Assembly: GCF_009914755.1 (NCBI RefSeq)
Contig: NC_060936.1
Length of the DNA: 64,000 nt
Source: the human T2T-CHM13v2.0 reference genome, Homo sapiens
Strand: one strand, 5' to 3'
How positions within the stretch are numbered: the stretch's first letter is position 1; every line of letters starts with the position of its first letter. Positions 58,428 to 64,000 of this stretch are shown here, in pieces. The translations under genes and the position numbers were made by a program. The notes under the pieces were generated by a model. That model made no database searches. It saw only the letters and a list, made by a program, of their open reading frames with translations, and was not told the origin of the DNA.

Positions 58428-58759
58428 TAAATGCTTTGCTTTTGTCCATCTTGCTATAATCAAAACTGACCATGCCCGGCTAATTTTTTATTTTTTGTAG
58501 AGATCCCTATGTTGCCCAGGCTTGTCTCGAGCTCTTGGGCACAAATGATCTTCCCCCCTTGACCTCCCAAAGTTCTGGGATTACAGGCGTGAGCCACTGT
58601 ACCCAGCCCCTTTGGATTTTTAATTGTTCAAACTGGTAGTCATAGTCCCACTTCAGAGGAGAGAACCATATATGTGACCAGAATTCTTGGGGGAAAAGTA
58701 AGAAACTACTCTTAAAAGTTCCTTAAAGGGTAGAATTCTCTTTTCTAGAAAGAGTAGCC

Positions 58760-58995
58760 TAGGGTTGTCCAATCTTTTGGCTTTCGTGGGCCACACTGGA
58801 AGGAGAAATTATCTTGGGCCACACATTAAATATGCTAACACTAACAATAGCTGATGAGCTAAAAAACAAACTTTTTTTGATCACACAAAAAAAAATCTCA
58901 TAACGTTTTAAGAAAGTTTACGAATTTGTGTTGGGCCTCATTCAAAGCCATCCTGGGCCGCATGCGGCCTGTGTGCTATGGGTTAGACAAGCTTA
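58760..58995 (+). mobile_element. MER30 DNA transposon
   Basis: 'agggttgtccaatcttttggct...gggccacactggaag...ttttaagaaagtttacgaatttgtgttgggcc...gggttagacaagctt'. Confidence 0.88.
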
Positions 58996-58999
58996 GAGT

Positions 59000-59255
59000 A
59001 GAGCATAGTGGGTGAGAGAAGAGGCTTCAGATGCTTCTGGCTTGAGTTCAAATCCTGACTCTGCCACTCACTAGCTGTGTGACCTTTGGCAAGTGACTTA
59101 ACCTCTCTGTGTTTCCATTTCCTCCTCTGTAAAATGGAAATAATAATAATGATACCTGTCTCATAAAGTGGTCAGGATTAAATGAGTTAATACATATAAA
59201 GAGCTTAGATCAGTGCCTGGTGCCTATAAACACTCCAGTGGTAACTGTTATAATT
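59000..59255 (+). mobile_element. MIR SINE
   Basis: 'gttcaaatcctgactctgccactcactagctgtgtgacctttggcaagtgacttaacctctctgtg'. Confidence 0.88.
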
Positions 59256-59286
59256 TGTATTATCTCTTGGTGATTCCCATAGGTCA

Positions 59287-59588
<302 letters not shown>

Positions 59589-59627
59589 TCAAAAAAAAAA
59601 AAAGAGAAAATGCTCAAATGTAATAAA

Positions 59628-59805
59628 GACAGTATTCATCGAGCGTTTTCTCTGTGCCATCAGTGTGCTGAGTGCTTTACCTGCACCATCTCATTTATTT
59701 CCCGCAAACCCTCCTGTGGTTTAGGTGCTACCATCCCCATTTGGCAGAAGTGGAAATGGAGTCCCCTAGAAGGTACGTAGCTTGTAGAAAGTCATGTAAT
59801 TAGTC
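59628..59805 (-). mobile_element. Antisense MIR hosting the P2RX4 alternative exon
   Basis: 'gtgctttacctgcaccatctcattta...aaaccctc...ggtgctaccatccccatttggcagaagtggaaatggag' resembles reverse-complement MIR core. Confidence 0.75.
59725..59772 (+). CDS. P2RX4: P2RX4 alternative 48-nt in-frame exon (long isoform), MIR-derived
   Basis: ggtttag|GTGC...AGAAG|gtacgt; phase 2-2; inserts CYHPHLAEVEMESPRR between G45 and W46, matching my recollection of the 404-aa annotated isoform. Confidence 0.8.
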
Positions 59806-59903
59806 AACATCGTACTTCCAGCCACTGGCCAGCAGAAGCTTCCCCATCAATTCAAATCCATTGAATCCTAATGGCAATTTAAGAGGCCTGTTTTATTTTA
59901 TAG

Positions 59904-60051
59904 GTGGGTGTTTGTGTGGGAAAAGGGCTACCAGGAAACTGACTCCGTGGTCAGCTCCGTTACGACCAAGGTCAAGGGCGTGGCTGTGACCAACACTTCT
60001 AAACTTGGATTCCGGATCTGGGATGTGGCGGATTATGTGATACCAGCTCAG
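59904..60051 (+). CDS. P2RX4: P2X4 coding exon 2
   Basis: ttatag|GTGG...TCAG|gtgtgt; 148 nt; WVFVWEKGYQETDSVVSSVTTKVKGVAVTNTSKLGFRIWDVADYVIPAQ (ATP-binding K67/K69, N75 sequon). Confidence 0.98.
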
Positions 60052-60413
60052 GTGTGTCTCCCACTGTGTCTTCTGTCTAACACTGACACCTTGCTCTTTA
60101 CTGACTTTGCACACTTGATTAATGATTGACGTGGCCTGAGTCCTGACATCACCAATGCCCAGAATGATTGTTTTAGTCCAAGAAAACGGTGCAGCCAGAT
60201 CTCTTTTCAGCTTAGGATCTAACAGAGTGTATCCAGGCAGCTGTGGTTCCTCAGCTTGAAAGCATGGCAGGCTGAAAGCCCTGAAAGATGAGAAAACAAA
60301 TGTCTTAAATCCTGATAGAAATTCAAGTGGAAATATCACCTTTCCACATTTTGGGTTTGCATTATTGTCCCAAATACACGAGGTAAATCTTTTCAGACAG
60401 TGTAAAAACTTTA

Positions 60414-64000
<3,587 letters not shown>

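Overview
Human genomic DNA, very Alu-rich, recognised from its translated exons as the P2RX7-P2RX4 tandem locus (chr12q24.31). Both genes are on the + strand. The window starts in P2RX7 intron 3 and holds coding exons 4-13 (aa 122-595, stop at 27568-27570) plus a ~3.2 kb 3'UTR (distal ATTAAA at 30778). About 22 kb of repeat-dominated intergenic DNA follows, then the P2RX4 CpG-island promoter, exon 1 (ATG 52935), a MIR-derived 48-nt alternative exon, exon 2 and part of intron 2. All splice sites are canonical GT-AG and the reading frame is intact. The P2RX7 allele carries Ala496 (known loss-of-function E496A) together with Tyr155. Almost all ORFs in the supplied track are Alu/L1/LTR artefacts. 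I found no demonstrably new gene system. The best leads are: (i) the end of intron 12 has a TATA box, an in-frame strong-Kozak ATG and tandem poly(A) signals, which could uncouple the P2X7 'ballast' exon from the channel; (ii) an Alu whose target-site duplication contains the P2RX7 stop codon; (iii) several DNA-repair scars (a 120-bp templated insertion, an inverted duplication next to telomere-like repeats, an Alu-Alu deletion junction). Repeat subfamily names come from recalled consensus motifs, and repeat boundaries are approximate.
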